Source: Acidobacteriota bacterium (lineage in GTDB: Bacteria > Acidobacteriota > UBA6911 > RPQK01 > JADFOI01). From it: a stretch of DNA of 64,000 bases. The notes below the pieces were generated by a model. It was not told where the DNA came from. It did not search any database and saw only the letters and a list, made by a program, of their open reading frames with translations. A program made the position numbers and the translations under genes. The stretch is from assembly GCA_963663035.1 (NCBI GenBank), contig OY760074.1:3008001-3072000 (forward strand), read 5' to 3'. How positions within the stretch are numbered: the stretch's first letter is position 1; each line of letters starts with the position of its first letter. Of the stretch, positions 61,104-64,000 are shown one piece after another.

Positions 61104-61159
61104 TTGTCAGTTGTCAGTTGTCAGTTGTCAGTGGTTAGGTGTCAGGTATTAGCTGTTAG
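61104..61159 (-). repeat. Heptamer array (TTGTCAG)n, right arm, inverted to the left arm
   Basis: ttgtcag x4, tggttag gtgtcag gtattag ctgttag. Confidence 0.85.
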
Positions 61160-61164
61160 CTGCC

Positions 61165-62073
61165 ATGCGTAAATCCATTGGCTCTTTCTTGGACTACCTC
61201 CGGCTCCAAAGGAACTATTCGTCTCACACTGTGAGGAATTACCGGGGAGACCTTCTCCAGTTCTATCAATACCTCACGCGGGGACGAGAAGACATCCACA
61301 TCCACCCGCGAGAGATCGATCACATCAGCATCCGCGATTTTCTCGGCCATCTGCACCAAAAGGGAATTGCCAAGACTTCGCTTGCTCGCAAGCTGGCATC
61401 TATCCGCTCCTTCTTCCGATATCTGTACAAGGAAGGAAAAGTCCCATCCAATCCGGCCCGGCTCGTGAGCAATCCTCGCTTACCGGAGCGTACACCCCGC
61501 TTTCTCTCTGTTCGGGAGGTGGAAACGATCTTAGAGCTTCCCGATTCAGGAACTGAGCGGGGAATAAGAGATCGAGCCATTCTGGAGTTGCTTTATGCCA
61601 GTGGGCTCCGCATTAGCGAGCTGGTGCAGATCAATCTGGAAGATCTCCAACTGGCACAGCGACTCATCAAAGTCTACGGGAAAGGGAAGAAAGAGCGCCT
61701 GGTGCCGTTCGGGAAGAAAGCCAAGCAGGCACTTCGCCTCTACTTGGGAAAACGGGCGGCTTTGCTCCGCCGTCAAGGGACGCCCCGCGAGCCCAAGGCC
61801 TTCTTTTTGAATCTTCGCGGCTCGCGGCTTTCCGCTCGATCCATCGAACGAAACCTAAAGGAGTACATTAAGGGAAGCGCCCTGCTTCTGGATGTTCACC
61901 CTCACCTCTTTCGCCACTCCTTTGCCACTCACCTGCTCACCAACGGGGCTGATCTCCGCTGCATTCAGGAACTGCTTGGGCACGAGAAGCTCTCTACCAC
62001 TCAGAAATACACCCATTTATCCATCGAAGAGCTTCTTCGTGTTTACCGATCCACCCACCCTAAAGCTCGTTAA
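61165..62073 (+). CDS. xerC: Tyrosine recombinase XerC
   Basis: SSHTVRNY, RDRAILELLYASGLRISEL, GKGKKER, HPHLFRHSFATH, LLGH..LSTTQKYTH. Confidence 0.88.
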   Translation: MRKSIGSFLDYLRLQRNYSSHTVRNYRGDLLQFYQYLTRGREDIHIHPREIDHISIRDFLGHLHQKGIAKTSLARKLASIRSFFRYLYKEGKVPSNPARLVSNPRLPERTPRFLSVREVETILELPDSGTERGIRDRAILELLYASGLRISELVQINLEDLQLAQRLIKVYGKGKKERLVPFGKKAKQALRLYLGKRAALLRRQGTPREPKAFFLNLRGSRLSARSIERNLKEYIKGSALLLDVHPHLFRHSFATHLLTNGADLRCIQELLGHEKLSTTQKYTHLSIEELLRVYRSTHPKAR

Positions 62074-62333
62074 GCCCGGGTTATGCATAGGTTCTCGTCA
62101 TGAAGCGGCGAAAGCGCCGGAAAACAGAGCCGCAGGCTTTAGCCCACGGGCCCGCAGGCTAAAGCCTGCGGGCCCGAACTGGCGCGCGACGGGTACCCGC
62201 CACGGGTCGGCCCCCGCAAACGTACTCTTGAGTACGTTGAGGAGGCCGAGGGGTACCCGCTTGCGGGTCACGCAACGCTGGCAGGCCGGATGATTTCGTA
62301 GCTGCAGTAGAGAATTTATGCATAATCCGGGCT
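62073..62333 (+). mobile_element. MITE-like element family AB (A-type ends), longest copy A4
   Basis: TIRs AGCCCGGGTTATGCATA / TATGCATAATCCGGGCT; carries both optional hairpin modules; begins at the xerC TAA. Confidence 0.85.
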
Positions 62334-62344
62334 TGAGGCCGCAG

Positions 62345-62373
62345 TTTACTTCGAATTCGTTTTTTGTTAGATT
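62345..62373 (+). promoter_or_regulatory. Putative sigma70 promoter for rpsO
   Basis: TTTACT-17-TAGATT with an extended TG. Confidence 0.45.
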
Positions 62374-62406
62374 GTGTTGTCTTTAGGACTCAATGAAGGC
62401 TCAGCT

Positions 62407-62676
62407 ATGGTTTTAGTAAAAGAGAGCAAGGGCGAGATCATCTCGAATTACCGACTGCACGACAAGGATACAGGCTCGCCTGAGGTTCAAGTTGCCATTC
62501 TGACTGAGCGAATCAATTATTTAACTGAACACTTTAAAACCCATCAACAGGACCATCACTCTCGCCGAGGCCTACTCAAACTGGTGGGCCAGCGCCGACG
62601 TCTACTGGACTACGTCAAGCGGATCGAGTTCAGGCGCTATAAGGAATTAATCGAGCGGTTGGGAATCCGTAAATAA
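62407..62676 (+). CDS. rpsO: 30S ribosomal protein S15
   Basis: [32 protein letters not shown]; ATG 62407. Confidence 0.97.
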   Translation: MVLVKESKGEIISNYRLHDKDTGSPEVQVAILTERINYLTEHFKTHQQDHHSRRGLLKLVGQRRRLLDYVKRIEFRRYKELIERLGIRK

Positions 62677-62700
62677 CAGAGAGAACAGCAGCGCAAGAGA

Positions 62701-62811
62701 CCTTCCTGCTGGATTCACTGAAGGCATTCCGCAAATGTAATCCTCTCTTCCCTTCTGGCAAGCAGATGATCCAGAATCAGAGGAGATTGGGTGAAATCAA
62801 GCAGTTGGAGG
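62701..62811 (+). promoter_or_regulatory. Long imperfect hairpin in the rpsO-pnp spacer (probable RNase III processing site)
   Basis: CTTCC-TGCTGGATTCAC pairs with GTGAAATCAAGCAG-TTGGAGG; inner AATCCTCTCT..TCTGG pairs with CCAGA..AGAGGAGATT. Confidence 0.5.
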
Positions 62812-62822
62812 AAATAAATTAG

Positions 62823-64000
62823 ATGAGTGAGACCGTCAGCCTGTCTCTAGGAGAGCGCGAACTCTCCATTGAGATCGGTAAATTAGCAAAACAAGCAGAT
62901 GGCGCGGCACTGCTGCGCAGTGGAGAGACGGCTGTTCTGGTGACAGCCTGTTCTGAGAGTGACCCCAGGGAAGGCCTTTCGTTTTTTCCCTTGACCTGTG
63001 ATTACCGGGAAAATTCCTACGCCGCTGGGAAGATACCAGGAGGCTTTTTTAAGCGCGAGGGAAGGCCGACGGAGAAGGAAATCCTGACCTGTCGCTTGAT
63101 TGATCGTCCCTTGCGACCTCTCTTTCCAGACAACTTTCGTTGTGAAACGCAAATAATTGCCATGGTCCTGTCAGCTGAACCCGAATTCAACCCGGATGTT
63201 CTCGCCATCAACGGAGCCTCGGCTGCACTGTACCTGTCCGACATACCCTTTCATAATCCTATTGGTGCTGTACGTGTGGGCCTGGTCGATAACCAGTTCC
63301 TTTTAAACCCGACATTTCCACAATTGGAGAAAAGTGCTCTCAACATGATTGTTGTTGGCACAGAAGAAGCTATTGTTATGGTGGAGGCGACGGGTCGCCA
63401 AGTGAAGGAAGATAAGGTGGTGGAGGCCCTCGACTTCGCCCATCAGGCCATCCGCCAGATTATTGACAAGATCAAAGAATTAGCCAACCGTTTGGACATT
63501 AAGAAACGCACGTTCGAGCCGGTGACCTATGACCCTGAGCTGGAACGACTGGTTGAGGAAGCGGCAACTGAGAAAATTCTTGAAGCGCTCGGTACTCCGG
63601 ACAAGCGGGCCAGCGAGCGAAAAATGAAGACCTACCGCAAAGAGATGGTGGAGACACTCGCCGCAGACGATGAGGAGAAACGCGGCAATGTCAGCGCTAT
63701 CTTTGAGCGAGTGAAGGAAAAGATCTTTCGTCGTGAGCTGCTGGAGAATAAGAAGCGCCCCGATGGGCGGGCCTTCGACCAGATTCGATCCATTTCCGGG
63801 GAGGTTTCCCTCCTTCCCAGAGCCCATGGCTCGGCGGTTTTTACTCGAGGAGAAACTCAGGCGCTGGTAACGGTCACCCTGGGCACGGGTGAAGATGTGC
63901 AGCGATTGGATGACATCACCGGCGAGTCCTCCAAGTCCTTTATGCTCCACTACAACTTCCCGCCTTTCTCTGTGGGTGAGGTGGCCTTTCTGCGGGGCCC
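62823..64000 (+). CDS. pnp: Polyribonucleotide nucleotidyltransferase, partial (runs off the right edge)
   Basis: Manual translation MSETVSLSLGERELSIEIGKLAKQADG...AAGKIPGGFFKREGRP...RLIDRPLRPLF...RPDGR...HGSAVFTRGETQ...HYNFPPFSVGE. Confidence 0.96.
   Translation, partial: MSETVSLSLGERELSIEIGKLAKQADGAALLRSGETAVLVTACSESDPREGLSFFPLTCDYRENSYAAGKIPGGFFKREGRPTEKEILTCRLIDRPLRPLFPDNFRCETQIIAMVLSAEPEFNPDVLAINGASAALYLSDIPFHNPIGAVRVGLVDNQFLLNPTFPQLEKSALNMIVVGTEEAIVMVEATGRQVKEDKVVEALDFAHQAIRQIIDKIKELANRLDIKKRTFEPVTYDPELERLVEEAATEKILEALGTPDKRASERKMKTYRKEMVETLAADDEEKRGNVSAIFERVKEKIFRRELLENKKRPDGRAFDQIRSISGEVSLLPRAHGSAVFTRGETQALVTVTLGTGEDVQRLDDITGESSKSFMLHYNFPPFSVGEVAFLRG

Noticed and set aside
60712-62073. 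Diversity-generating retroelement (Avd-like protein) or an integrative element using xerC
   Set aside because: No reverse transcriptase, no TR/VR pair and no att sites or cargo region were found.

Overview
A 64-kb core-genome segment, probably from an Acidobacteriota-like Gram-negative bacterium. That assignment is inferred from the Pal with an extra N-terminal domain, the Hfq-like protein, the hrcA-grpE-dnaJ-rsmE order and the PDZ/GAF/PAS kinase. It carries about 55 mostly housekeeping genes, including M16 peptidases, pcrA/uvrD, degP-like, ald, nrdJ, tmk-holB, pdxA, pepA, smpB, rml genes, gpmI, eno, exbBD, gltX, ntrYX, xerC, rpsO and pnp. I found no rRNA, tRNA, CRISPR array or transposase. 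The unusual biology is mostly non-coding. (1) At least 16 structured MITE/REP-like elements in three families (AB, C, D) sit on stop codons, nest inside each other, supply gene termini (the gpmI start codon; the pdxA, Fic-like and yggU C-termini) and also occur as 26-bp 'empty' palindromes. (2) Inverted heptamer arrays bracket two single antisense genes (a four-helix-bundle gene and a hydantoinase-A gene), and a cargo-less SD/anti-SD-like version lies upstream of eno. (3) A ParB-N gene is paired with a spore-photoproduct-lyase-like radical SAM gene. There is also a degenerate Fic protein and two apparent frameshifts (rsmE, four-helix bundle). All calls come from reading the sequence; no database search was run.
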